Shown in pieces: positions 24,757 through 37,767 of a DNA stretch of 64,000 nucleotides. Position 1 is the first letter of the stretch. Every line of letters begins with the position of its first letter. Under the pieces are notes generated by a model. That model made no database searches. It saw nothing but the letters and a program-made list of their open reading frames with translations, and was not told the origin of the DNA. Location: positions 7,502,001-7,566,000 of the forward strand of contig OU015566.1 of the NCBI GenBank assembly GCA_907165135.1, in the 5' to 3' direction. Source of the DNA: Oikopleura dioica. Lineage: Eukaryota; Animalia; Chordata. The position numbers were made by a program, and so were the translations under genes.

Positions 24757-25531
24757 ACAAAAAAAACGCGTTATCTGATAAATGAAAAAAAAATGCTAAA
24801 TGAGTAATACAACGGGGTTTACAGACAGGCTGTCTGTATTTAATAAACAGTCGTCCAATAGGAGAGCATTCTCGAGAAAAAGCGCGAGTTCTGATTATTG
24901 ATGGGAAAAAAGGACGAGATCACGCCATAATAATTTGCCTTAGGGTGCTTGAATTTGATGATCTTTTCCTAACTTCAATTGAACGCTGAAGTTCTTTGGT
25001 CGAATAATACCATTCATCACAGCTTTCTTGTCAGTTTTCTGATGCTAAATTGCGTCATGATGATCGAATCTCATGATTTTAGGCTCAAATTCTTGAGCAT
25101 GCGAGTCGATGATTTTCTGAAGACGAGGATTTATTTCAAAGAAAGTAAAGGGCAGACATACAGATTAGTGACTCAACATTGCTGTGAGATTCAGCCACGG
25201 TTTCCGTTTTTTTCCGTCGTGAGTTTGATCCTTTGCGGTGACGGGGGCTAGCTAGCGTAACAGAATTATCAAACGTATCGAAACTGACGTTCCATCTGAA
25301 TGATCCACACCCGTTCTTCCTTATCTGCTGCCAAGGCGAACAATGGAAACGTCGGACAACCGTTTTCAACTTGTGATGTTCTACTCTTTCATCTTTTTCT
25401 AGCTTTGGTTCATGGTGAGTAACTATAAGTTAATTAATTAGTAAAGTTAAACTTTATTTCCGAAAAATTATATAGCAGGAAAACACGCAAGTGTCACAAA
25501 TTTGTCAGGAAAATTTCATTGAGAAGTGGTC

Positions 25532-26152
25532 TTATGCATGATATAATCTCAGAATATTCTCTTTAGTAAATTTTTTGTTACAGGTTGGACATCGTTGAGT
25601 TTCAGAATGAGTTCTTTTTATGCATTTTTCGCCAAAAACGTGCCCACAGATAGTCAAGCAACACTGCCAATGGTCCTTCTCACCGTAGGGTTCCAGGCAT
25701 ATTTCACAGCCAGGTTTGGGGGATTCTTCGTCTTCAAATACAAGTTTAGCGCCTTCCATTTTTTTCTGATAGCTATCTTTCACCAAGTTGATCTTGTGAG
25801 AGATTTTCTCTATGTTTGAATCGTGTTTTTTCAGAGTCTCTTCTGTAGTTTGCAAAAGATGCCTAATTTTTCTTGCTTGCGTTTCGAGAGTGCACAAGTA
25901 ATTTCCTTCGTCCTCCAATTGTCGGTTCAAATCTTCAATTTTACATCTCGATATTCGGATGTTTTTGTTTGTCTTGTAAAGATCAGTTTTAAGGGCAGAT
26001 TTTTGTTGATTAATGCCTTCTTTTTCTGCCTCCAAATTATATATCTGTTTTTGTAGTTTTTCTATATCTCTTTCGGCAGTACTTTGAATATCATTCAACC
26101 GAATTATAATTTTTTCCATGGTCGAATCAAGAATCTGTTGTCTTTCAGTCAT
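25532..26152 (-). CDS. Intronless coiled-coil + C-terminal RING-finger protein (RFWD3-like RING variant CGHxFGxxC)
   Basis: 206-aa ORF with a heptad-rich N-terminus; CEICLEPYGEKDHWQCCLTICGHVFGEKCI...RCPTCN. An acceptor-like ttctaacAG lies directly before the ATG. Confidence 0.8.
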   Translation of the reverse strand: MTERQQILDSTMEKIIIRLNDIQSTAERDIEKLQKQIYNLEAEKEGINQQKSALKTDLYKTNKNIRISRCKIEDLNRQLEDEGNYLCTLETQARKIRHLLQTTEETLKKHDSNIEKISHKINLVKDSYQKKMEGAKLVFEDEESPKPGCEICLEPYGEKDHWQCCLTICGHVFGEKCIKRTHSETQRCPTCNKKFTKENILRLYHA

Positions 26153-26347
26153 TCTGTTAGAAAACGATCACTTGTGCTTCATTTCTTCGCTCGAGCCGCA
26201 TTTTATTAAGGGAATTATTTACTCAGTATTGAGAAGGGAAAGCTTGAATTGTATCATTTTAGCAAATAGAACGAGTAATTGCATGCACAATTCTTTTTAT
26301 CAAACAAATTACATAATGTGAATCATAAAATCATGCTGTAAACAGGG

Positions 26348-26433
26348 GTCACGTGATCAGCTGAGTTCGTTACTTTAGGTCTCATGATACGACGATTTTC
26401 CCGATGGAGCGCCACCAGCTCCGCAAGATGGCG
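26348..26433. promoter_or_regulatory. Putative promoter elements between the divergent RING and zinc-finger genes: E-boxes and a YY1-like motif
   Basis: gtCACGTGatCAGCTGag at about 26348-26365 and CAAGATGGCG at about 26424-26433. Motif match only. Confidence 0.3.
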
Positions 26434-28544
26434 CGTGAGCAAGCTCATTTCTAGGATAGAATGCACTGCTAAAAACATCTAATGACAATATAAAGCGAAA
26501 AATTGGCAATATATTTTTCAAAGTTTTTGCGCTATATACGGCGGCTTAAATTAATTAACAGATTCGGAGATTCGAGGACTAGAACTCGCGAGCACGATCG
26601 CTGCACATCAACCGCTTGACATTATCCGACAGATACCAAAGGTAAACACTAATGTACAGCCGTCTCGGGCAAACTATATAAAATAATCTGCATAATATAT
26701 TTATTGCATCTAATGAGTGCGGTATATAAATAAGCTCATGAAATAGTCTTATATGCTTAGCTCAGTAGCAGCATGTTCGGTTCCTAATAAAACTCGCGGT
26801 CAAACGAAACGGAGAGAAACATGAATCTAATATGGACTTCATTTTCGGAAATTTGAACATTTAGAGGGCCTTGTTTCAAGCTCGATAGCATCAGATTAAT
26901 TCAAATAGAGAAAATGTCCTGTCATATAGTGAATTATTTGATCCAAAAGATATCTTTTTCATATAAGCTAAAAGGTGTAATTGTCCCTTTATATCGATAA
27001 AAATCATGTTTAGGGAATGTAGTATAGGCTACAATCCATTTTACAAGACATTCTTTTCTCCGTAACGCAGCTGAGGCTATTTTTTTCCGAAATTCAATAA
27101 AAACTAAGAATAAAATCCTTTTTTCAGGCTTTAACTTTTTTCATAAAAGGATTTAAGGGAATAAAATTGCCCTAAGCAGCATACAATCATGCAAAAAGGG
27201 TTGAAAACGAAACGGACAGGCCTTGAACAAAAGAAAAGCGACACAGAGGAAATCGTTTCAAGGCCAGATCGATCAAAGCCCCTAAAAAATAAGGGATCGC
27301 CCAAATGTCCTAAATGTGGTTACAATTGTCAATTGCCAGCAGTCATGGCGAGTTCAATTAGGATAAACACTTCTTATATCGAAAAAACGAGCCCTTGAAG
27401 CGGCCAGAACCCCATAAAACCACATACCACGCGCGACGAAGTGTCGGTCCAATTTATCGATACCCTAAAATGGTAAGTGATGGCGATTATTGACAAATCG
27501 ATAGACAAAAAATTCACTGTAAAAACGCGTCTTCGCATAAATTAAAAAAAAACACAGCGCTTCATGATTATCACAGACTTCGCGCTCAATGCTCCTCACA
27601 TGTGTACTCCTCTATGATTCCAATGAGGTTTCTCCTTTATAGAAAATTGTCCTGTAATAGCAGCTCTGTCGGTTTTCTTATTGCTTAAAGCTACAGTGGC
27701 AGGAAAAGAGCGATTCGCCGAGGCTCGTTGCTAGATGACAGCTTTGGCGATGAGCTAGTCTTTGAGATCCCAAAAGACCTCGATCTGACAAGGAGGGCCC
27801 GAATCCGCTTCGCCTTTGGCCGAGCGCATTAGTTCCATCAACCAAATGGCGCTTTATCAAATCCGGCCAGCCCACTTAAACACCTTTTAAAACTCTTTAA
27901 TCATGCAAAATGTCTAAATGAGCGACCGTGACATCAGGGGTATCAGCAGGGAGACGCCCTGCTGAGCCGTTTTGGACAAGTGCCCATAATTACCGTAATG
28001 ATTTGTCTATAATTTTCATGAAAAATATCAAGTCAAACTTATATTTATTATTTATAAGAAAGAAGAACTCGGTCAAAAAGTAGAAGAAAAGTAGTATGAA
28101 ACTACTGTTGAACAAGCCATATAAAACGGCCCATATTGAACTTTCAATGCTCATTAATCGGTAAAGAGTATCTTTGGTGTCAAGACATCATGTGCAGCTA
28201 ATAATCCATTCTCGGACAATGTTGCGCGGCGATTGAAGCTGTCAAGTGTCCCTTTCTGGCGCGTTGTTGTCCGCGGCCGAAAAGGCCCGTTCTCGCCAAA
28301 TCTGTCAGTCGAAGCTGCGATCGCGGCGAATTAATTTCAAATTATGGTCCAGTTGAGCCCCCTTTCTCAATCGATCTCATCAAAACGTGCTTTTTTGGTG
28401 AAAAATTAATGCGAACAGATACATTACGCTCGTTCTCTTCGTTTGAGCGCTCTGCTTGAAATTTGGATGATTTATTAATCGCCCTCTAAATCTTATATAA
28501 TTAAAGAAACATTAGATCTTATTTCTCAATGTTCATTCTAGAGG

Positions 28545-30017
28545 ATGATGAACGAAGTCCCAGCGATGCAATATCCTCCTGTAACTGAGCACTGGGTGAA
28601 CCCGCCTGCCTGTAACGCTCAGTCCTACGCTGGCCAATATGCCTACTCAAATGGGCCCTTCAAAATGGAAAATCAAGAATCGATCTCCACGGTGAGTCTT
28701 ACATAAAAACACTAGAAAGGCTTAAAATGTAGCAATTTCCATGGTAAAAATCATTTTCAGAATATTTTCGGAAACGTTCGCTACCAGCCGGGATACGATA
28801 CTTTTCATAGCAATTCAAGAATTTCGACGATGGTTCCACCCGACGGTTTGGTCAAAGTGGAGCCCAATACAATGCATCCAACACCTATGCAGCCAAAGTA
28901 CAATCCCATGTCGCACGGAGAGGATCGTAATCGACCAATGAGGCAACATTTGTACAAATGCGACTTGTGCAATAAAAGCTTTACGAAAAAGCCCACTCTC
29001 AAGCTTCATATGAGGTGAGAATATTCCCATCAAATAGACTAGAGTTGAAAGTAGAACGCCCATTTTAACAAAGCATCTTCAATAATATTCGCATATTCAG
29101 AACTCATACGGGTGAACGACCCTACAATTGCGCCGTGTGCTCGAAACGATTCACTCAGAAACAAAGCGTTAAAATTCACATGAGAATCCACACCGGCGAA
29201 AAACCTTTTAAATGCGGCACCTGCACCGTAAGTTTTTCATCACAATTTAATTTCCTAACTTTGCTTAAATTAAGTACACTGCGCGCACGAAGGGAAACCT
29301 CGATAATCACATGAGAAAGCACACTGGCGAAAGACCTTTTACTTGCAAAATATGTCTAAAAAGCTACACCCAAAAGTCCTCGCTCAACACGCATATCAAG
29401 ACCGTTCACAGCGAAAATGCGAATGAACCGAAACGCGATAACAAGGAAAGACCTTTTCAAGTAAGACATATTTCAACGAATCTGTTCTATCAAACCTCTA
29501 GTGCACAATTTGCCACAAAAAGTACACGCAAAAGTCCTCGCTCAACACGCACATCCGCGCGATTCACAGCACTCTCCCTCTCTCCACTCGCCAAGCTCCC
29601 GACCAGTTGCCAGCAGCTTCATCTCATCCAACATCAAGCTCATCCACCTCCCTTAGTCCCTCTTCAATTTCAACTGCCAGTATTTCCGCAGCTCGAGCCG
29701 CTCAAGTCGAGCAATCTCTTCAGCAGCACCATCGGGCCTCGCTATCGCACATTCGCTCGCCTCAGCATTCATTCCAGTCCTACTCTCCGACGTCTTCATC
29801 TTCTCCAGCCAAAATGCCAGTCGCGACGGTCACTGAAATCGGTGAGCGAGACGAAGAGGGACGAGAACAGACCATGAACCAAAATGATCAGACAGGAGTT
29901 AGCAAATTTTATTTAAAAAGGTTTTAAGAGGGAAATTAGTAAATATTATATAATAAAAATCTTGCTCATTCCATCTCAGACAATATTCATCCCTTTTATC
30001 TAACACAAACAGCTTGA
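28545..30017 (+). CDS. C2H2 zinc-finger transcription factor (5 fingers, Ser-rich tail)
   Basis: [62 protein letters not shown]...[34 protein letters not shown]...[22 protein letters not shown]. Last exon uncertain (stop at 29927 or 30017). Confidence 0.9.
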
Positions 30018-30694
30018 ATTCCTCATTGATGCAGTAATCTACCTTCAGAAGACTCTGTACAGCTATTTTATTCTATTCTCACAATCTACAGTCCTCAAAA
30101 AATCTTCTAGTCCTTGTAAAAATAACCTAAACAGACCAAATAAGTGTTTTTTCAAATTCAATGTTTTCCTATTATACCTAAATGATCGTCTTTCTTATTA
30201 TCTTTTACCACAATTTCACCTCGTTACAGTCTTTTCTACCTGCCATCCTCAGTTTTAACTCCCAATAAATATCTAACCATAAGATTCTCTATCAATTAAT
30301 TTGAATGAAAAATGCAACTTATGATGATTCCTAACGACTTATTGCCCGTCCTCAGGTAATTTGGAGTACGGAACTGCTTCACAATAAACACTTGTTGTAA
30401 AACATTATGTTTAACATTATTGAATAATACCGTAAGCAATTTTACTCGTTGAAGCACTCTAGCGACAGTAAACACCAAGTTTAGCCGGGGAAAATGTGTC
30501 AGTAAGAGTAGAGAGATGACAGAAAGAAGAACCACACCTGTACCTTATTTCTTCAGTTTCAATATTCAGAAAAATCTCGAGAAATCAGAAAGCGCGCAAA
30601 ATTCTTTCGCGGCGGCGATTGGCTGAAGAGGGAAAGCCATTTCGGCGGAAAGGGCGAAATTTGGAACGCGTTGGTGACATTTCGTGGAGAACTG

Positions 30695-31930
30695 ATGACT
30701 TTTCGAGCGTTGAGAAGCAGTAGAGTTTATATCAGAAGATTGCTTTCAGAGAAGAATAAAGCCGTAGCGGTTGTGGAAAAAGAAAATAATGAGAAAACAC
30801 AAAGGTAAGATAGCTTTTTGAGAAATATGCGTGAGTTATTAAGGAAAATTTAAAATAATTTATGTCTATTTATAAATTAAGAAATTTGGAGGACTATCAA
30901 GAAGTTCTCAACGAGCTGGAGCTTCAAAGAGCGCTGGAAGAGGCAAAAACTGGAGGGATAATCAAGCGTCCTGAAAACACAGAAATCGCACTCGTCGACA
31001 CCCAACTCCCAGCTTTTTACTCGCCAGAAACGACGTTCAGAATAATGGGAAGCAAAAAATACGACGAGAAGATCAAAAAACGCGTCATACTCCGCAAGCT
31101 TCTGAAATGGACGATTCCGAGTATAAGTTTGCTTTCTTCGCCACTGTGGATCGAAAAATACTTCTGTCTCGTGAACGAACTCTTGGGAAGGTCGATTCTT
31201 GGCTCTCTCGTGCTGGAAAACGTCGCAGCTGCTCATTTTCAGCTCGTGGCTGGCGCCGTTTTATCCGCCCCTTTTTTGGCCTTCTTGATAAAACCAAGCG
31301 TGGATTTTCCGAGGTAGGAAAGACACTAGCTAGAAGGTCCGAGTTCATTCAGATTTTCCTTTCAGATATTTAATCAGTGGAATTTATGTGACTGCTGATC
31401 GCTCGCTTTCAATCAAATGCTACCACGCTCGTGGATTGAGTACAGAGAAAAAGTTCGTCTCCGTCCTCGATTCTAGCGCCGTGATGGCTGATTATTCCGA
31501 CATAAGCTCGAGCCGTGGCCTTCCACTCATTGTCATCGACGATAATGCAAGCCAAACTCAGAACCCATTGCTGAATTTCTTCCGCAAAAGAAAGTTAAAA
31601 TCGACGATAAATCGAAATTTCCACCACATCGAAAACTACCTCCTCGCGCCGCCAAAATCCTTCGAAGACATTCGCGAATACCAACTTTCAAAAAATACTT
31701 TAGCGCCTTTGGCGGAGAAGCAAATAGAAAATGTCTTCGTTGCGATGAAAAGAAAAGACGGGAGTTTAAATCCGATTCGTTTGGAATTCGCCGATTCTTA
31801 CTTCAATATTCCGCTTCATCCGAGAATCGACAGTTTGAAAAATCTGCCACTTCTTTATTTCCAACTTTTTTCAATAGAAACGCTCAAAGCGAGCGCGCTA
31901 AAAAGAGACCTCGCGAGGAAACATTTATAA
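30695..31930 (+). CDS. Hypothetical protein, possibly mitochondrial (Arg-rich N-terminus, central hydrophobic segments)
   Basis: MTFRALRSSRVYIRRLLS...; exons about 30695-30804, 30881-31313 and 31378-31930. No family recognised. Confidence 0.6.
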
Positions 31931-31988
31931 TTTAAAACAAAAAGTATTTATAAAATTTATTTGAAGAGTGAGAAATCGGCGCTAGAAA

Positions 31989-33599
31989 ATGAAGCTTGTT
32001 GCTGGATCTAGAAAGTCGGAGCTGGCGATGCTTCAAACGAACTTTGTGAAGGCTTTACTGGTGAGTGAAATTGGAATTCTTAATCCTTGGGAAAGAGGCC
32101 TGGAAATTGAGAAATGTGTTTTTATCTTATGACGGTTATTCTTGATAACGAACGAACTTTTTATTCAATTAGAATGGTCGAAGGAAAGTAAATATTCTGA
32201 ATAATCCGCGGAAGAAAATAACCCCATTTCCCGTAGTTTTTTTATTTTCAATTTCCTTGTATTTCTCCTTCTGATATTTTCTTTTAGCAAAAGGCCAACC
32301 CGGAGCTTGAAATCGACATCGAAGGAATCGTCACCAAAGGAGACAAAGTTTTGGACGTGGCTCTTTCCAAAATCGGAGAAAAAAGTCTTTTTACCAAGGT
32401 AAATGATCGGCCCGCTTTAGTCGATAAAAATATCAGTAGGAACTTGAAATCGCGCTGCAAGAAGGAAAGGTTCAATTCTTGGTTCATTCCCTGAAGGATA
32501 TGCCGACTACGCTGCCCGAAGGAATGGTGTTGTCGACGATTCTTGAGCGAGAATCGCCACTGGATGCGGTGGTGATAAGGAAGGATCTTGCTGATAAAGG
32601 AATGGCTTTACAAATTTTTTTCATATTGCAAGTACCGTGGTTCAAATAATTGATTTATCAAAGAAGTTTAATTCTGGCTGCGTATATAATATCGTAAAAC
32701 TGATACAAAGGAATAAAAAGTCTCGATCAACTGGAGAAAACTGCTCTTATCGGCTCCAGCAGTTTGCGACGCAAGGCGCAACTGAAGCGAAAATATCCCG
32801 ACTTCAAGATCGAGTCCGTCCGTGGCAACCTCAATACTCGACTGAAAAAGCTTGATAATGTGGATAAGAGCTACGAGAAAGAATATTCGGCGCTGATTCT
32901 GGCGAGAGCTGGACTTGAGCGAATGGCAAGGCAGAATGATGCATTTGTTGGGCGATTGTCGGAGACGCTAGAACCGAGTACTTGTCTTTATGCTGTCGGA
33001 CAGGTTTGCTCAAAGATTGTTAAAACGGATTACTTTACCTTTGAATTTCTTCAGGGAGCCCTGGCTATAGAAACAATGGCTACTGATGAGAAAACGATCG
33101 AGCTCTTGAGCAGCCTCTCGCACGAAGAAACAACACTTCGAGTTGTGGCCGAGCGAAGTTTTATGAAAACTCTTAATGGCGGCTGCTCTGCGCCAGTAGC
33201 AACAGAATCGAATATCACGAAAGATAATGTGCTGGAACTTACTGGCGGCGTGTTTAGTTTGGATGGAAGCGAAGCGATTGTCAAGACAGAAAGTGTGAAT
33301 TTGTGGTGTGTTTATGAAACGATACAGATCTCACTACCAAATTTAGCCCGGAAAAGATGGCAAAAGTAGAATATCCATCAGATTTCGTTGGAATCGTACC
33401 TTGCAAGATCGAAAAGTCGAAAATGTATTTGGCGATGAAACTCGGCCGTGAGCTCGCAGAGAAGCTCCAAAAAGAAGGCGCGATGAAAATTCTCGAAGAA
33501 GCGCGCGAAGCAAACCAAGATCCGGCACCAAATAGTTCACCAAAGAAATCTTGTCCACTTCCTGCCGCCAAAGACTTTGTAAAATCGTTGACCTCATAA
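31989..33599 (+). CDS. HMBS: Porphobilinogen deaminase (hydroxymethylbilane synthase)
   Basis: [99 protein letters not shown]. Confidence 0.97.
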
Positions 33600-34176
33600 T
33601 TCTTATTTGCCTTATTTATTTAATAAAAGACAGTTGTTGTCGAACTACCTAAACAGAAACATGAAAATTGGCTCAGTGTATATTTGGAACTTTTCCAAGA
33701 TGTAAATAACTTCCGAGTGTTTATACCGGCAGAATTGAGGGACCGAATATCGGGGAGTCCTCGTTGATTCCAAAAAATCCGATAATTTTCTATTGATACA
33801 CTTTTATTCTCCTAATTTGTGTTATTTTGACGCATTTGTAAAGAATTGTTTACATTAAAAACTTAGCAATATTCATCAATTGGAACCTGAAGATAAAACG
33901 TCCCTTTGACATTGATAAAGTAGCGTGGGGCTCGTTAATCTCGTAATTCAAGATGCATTTGTCTCATCAATCAATAATTTATCGTTGCGAATTTCTCCGA
34001 AGCGACGTCAGATTCATTGAACTTGAAGGGTTGATTACTGCCTCGAGACTTGGTGGAGCGCGCGATTGCGCCACCGCCGCGCTTTTAGCGAACCGCGCGG
34101 TTAGAAATTTCGTTATACAACTTTTTGGGCTCGTTCAAGAGAGACCCTTTTTCTTTTTTAACTTGAGACTTTCGAT

Positions 34177-36287
34177 ATGAAACTCTTCAATGCTCTCCTT
34201 GCTTCAGGTAAATATCAGAGAACAGAGAAACAGTCATTTAAACGATTTAACAACGGGTTAAACGAATACTAAACTGAATACCAATAGCTGCGGCAACAGA
34301 AGTATCAGATATTCAACGTCGCAAGACCCTCGGTGAACTTCTCAGCCCCGGCGCCATCGAGCAGCTCAATCTCAATCGAAAAGGCATTCTCAACGGTGTT
34401 CTCCCAGCTCATCACCTCGAAGCACTTGAAAACCTCTGTAATCCTTGCCGAACCGATGTGCAAATTTCCGACTTCTGGATGTACACTTCTCCACCAAGAG
34501 ATCTTCTTCAACGTAAGTCAAAAAATGACCATAATTGGGAGATATTTAGACGTGATGTCCCGCGGTGCCCTATTTTACTACGTTCATTCATAGAATCTGA
34601 CGGCTTTTTCGTAGAAGTGCGCCCGCGGGCATAATCCAAATAGCTCACTTAGAGCCACTTTATTTATCTCTCTTATATCATGATCTTTCGGATTCGTCTT
34701 AATCCAATTTTCAGAGGGATCTCAAGAAGCTATCCTGGTCTACTATGAACACATTTGCCACGCTGTAGTGTGCCGTGATCGTAACAGCATGTGTCCACAG
34801 TGGGCTGGCGAAGGAAAGTGTCGCGAGGACTGGGCTCAACGAACCTGCTCCCAATCCTGCGGCTGCACTGCCCAGCGAACTTGCAACAGGCTTGATCAAT
34901 TCACCCCAAGAGTCGACAACACCGCAGTCGTCAATCTGGAGGAAGAAGACGCTGAACACAGCGCCCCAGCAAGCATGCCAATTCACGACGCGATCAAGTA
35001 TCTTGACCCTACCAGAATTCTTGCCCAGTTCACTTCTGACGTCCGAGCTACTCTTCGCGATCAGATGTGCTTTTTGCCTGATGTGGACTCGAGAATTATT
35101 GCTTCCAACGATCTCTTGAAGGTGCTTACAGAAGATCCAGAGATGGCGAAAATTCTCAATGCGCTTTCTCCCAAGACACGGTTCTGAATCAAAATTCATT
35201 TCAAACTAAGAACAATCTTGGCACCTCATTTATGTTTTTTGTACTTATATAAAAGGTGAATTGCCATGAACCTATTGAAGCTCCCAATGTACCTCACAGC
35301 CATCCCGGAAACAATGAAGGCTACTCTCGCCAACGAAGTCATCTGCGGTGGGTACGTTCGTGAGCCGCGAGCAAGCATGTGCATGGACAAGCCGATCAAC
35401 CCAGAAACCTTGTTCTGCCGCGCTCGGCTTCCCCGATGGACTTACGATCGAAACACAGGCCTCTGTCGACCAATGGATTACGATGGTTGCTTCCAAACTT
35501 CGAATAGATTTTTGACCAAAGAACAGTGCGAAGAAACATGTGAACCTTACATCAAAACCGTCTCGGAAGTCAATCGTCAGAAACTCAACAAATTCATCGG
35601 AGCCTTGACGCCGTTGAACCTCCGGGAAAGCATGCTCACTCTCTTCGGCAAAACAGAAGCCGAGGAAACGACCGAAGAACTCGTTGATCAAGCCTGTAAT
35701 CCTGAAATCGGCGCGATTCGACCAGACTACCGAGATGTTCTTTGCAAGAAACTCACTGAAGTTCTCAAAGAGCCGTCTGAAAAGGCTGAAGCACCGGCGA
35801 TTCAGGGAACTTGCGAGGCTAAAGCCTCTGAACGAGAATTTTGCACTAAAAAACCAAGCAGAAACTTCAAGAATGCGTGCGAAGAAGCTGGTTGTTGTTG
35901 GGATCCTAAGCCAGGGGTAATTTTCTATGAAAATATAGCAGGTCATTTACTGCTTTATTTAGGCTTCTCGACCGCTCTGGAAACACTACTGTTTCAAGAA
36001 ATCTGTTGCACAAAAGAGCATTGAAGCAAGCGTTGTCGAAAATGACGCAGAACACAGCGCAGCTCCAGATTGCAATGTCCCAACTCAGCGACGGTAAGAG
36101 ACATTCTTCCTTGATTCCAGCACTCGCAATCGATAATTTCAGATCGTGGTGCACTGCTCGACCAAGCAACTGGGCTAACCCTGAAACGGCCAAAAACTAC
36201 TGCGAGTCACAAGGCTGCTGCTTCGCTACAAATCCGAAGGGAAAAGTTTACCCAGTCTGGAAGTACTCCTGCTTCTCTGGAAACTAA
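34177..36287 (+). CDS. Secreted multidomain protein: signal peptide + ShK domain + Kunitz domain + two trefoil-like domains
   Basis: MKLFNALLAS...; CRDRNSMCPQWAGEGKCREDWAQRTCSQSCGC (ShK); CMDKP...FCRARLPRWTYDRNTGLCRPMDYDGCFQTSNRFLTKEQCEETC (Kunitz); EREFC...ACEEAGCCWDP and YCESQGCCF...SCF (trefoil-like). Confidence 0.82.
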
Positions 36288-37109
36288 TACTTCCCTTTTT
36301 GCCATATTTTCCTTGTACAGCTATCTTCCTCAATTACCTTCAATCTATCTTTTTGATTTGTTTAAAAATAAATCGACAAAAAGCAACAAAAATTCGATTA
36401 TATTCTGCAGTGAAAAATCGTGTGTGAAAAGTCGAAAAAAATCGATTTTAATCTTTCTTGCTATCTTCTGGCTCTGGATCATCATCGTGTCTCCCTATGT
36501 TTTTGTAGAGTTTCAGGAGATATAGGAACCAAAACGGGCATAATATATAAGTGAGGATGACAGCGGATATTTCTGGAAGGAAGAAAGAATAGGAAGACTT
36601 CACCCTGCGTACCACTGTCCACTCGCGAGATTGGCTTTTTTGGGTTATTTTTTGCCTTCTTTTTGGTAAATTTCAAGTGTTTATTTACGGCAAATAAGAT
36701 AATTTAGAACCCCTTCCTAAACTTGTTCAAGTATTCAAGCGGATAGTACAGTGACGCGTAGACAACTGCGTAGCATAACATGTAAATTCCAACGGTTATT
36801 ATCTGAAAGAACTTTTTTCCTTCAATTTAATTTAACGAAATCGTACGTATTTCAAGGCAATAGCACAATGATCTGCGATTTCCTCAGAACTCGCGTTTCG
36901 TCCCCAGCGCCGCATTGCGCTCACAGTGAAGCGTTCAACTTGATTGATCACATCTGTTAGGTTTCCAGTCACAACGAAAAAGTTTTCTCTCTTTTTGCCC
37001 TTTTCTTTACCGGGAGAGTTCGCCTTCATGAAAATGATATCTAACTCTTTATCACTGTCGTTCTCTGCCCTCGTTGAATTTGCGATTTCGTCCAGCTTTT
37101 TGGTGGCTT

Positions 37110-37767
37110 TTTAAATCTTTTCAGTACTGTTATTTTTCTGAATTATCAAGCCCGTGCATAAGTTGACATTTCTCGCGTTATTCCATTCAATCCTTGTTGT
37201 CTGATCCTCGCATCACTTTCAGCGCTCCTTTCGAACATTGAAAACGATCTCTGCATGGACGGAGCTCTTCGTTGTTGTCCATATGATGGCACTATGACCG
37301 GACTATTGACGAAATGTCTTTCGCGTAGAATATCTGCAACAGTTACAAATTATTGCTCTTTGTAAAAAATAGAGCAATATTCTTTAACTGTCCCTGGTAA
37401 TGTTGGTGCTCGCCCTGGCGTATTTTTTCGTAAAATTTCTGGCTGCTGCTCATCGGGTATATCAGCTGTTATTGATGACTGATCTGAGTTGATTTCTGAC
37501 ATATCGGTTTCTGCTTCTTCTTCGTCTCCTTTTAGACTGCTCAGTCCAGTTACACTGCCCATCAGTTGAAGAAGTGATGATGTGCGGGATTTTATTTCTG
37601 GCTCTTGTTCTTCTTTTCTCGCTGATTAGAATTGAAGAATAATATTTACAAATTTTATACTCACGTGTGATGTACTGTGTAGAATCCAGGCCCGCGTCAA
37701 CAACGTCTGAGTTAGCATCTTCATACTCTGATGATGAATCAAGCCCTGGAATGCTATCATTTTCCAT
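37110..37767 (-). CDS. Hypothetical low-complexity protein
   Basis: MENDSIPGLDSSSEYEDANSD... and EEEAETDMSEINSDQSS... exons with short introns. Boundaries approximate. Confidence 0.4.

Noticed and set aside
24960-25413. Possible small minus-strand gene between SLC25 and RING genes
   Set aside because: No consistent start codon or exon chain could be assembled.
30692-30700. CTGATGA motifs (also about 1625, 33082, 46352) as hammerhead ribozyme cores
   Set aside because: They lie in coding or start-codon contexts with no flanking stems or correctly placed GAAA.
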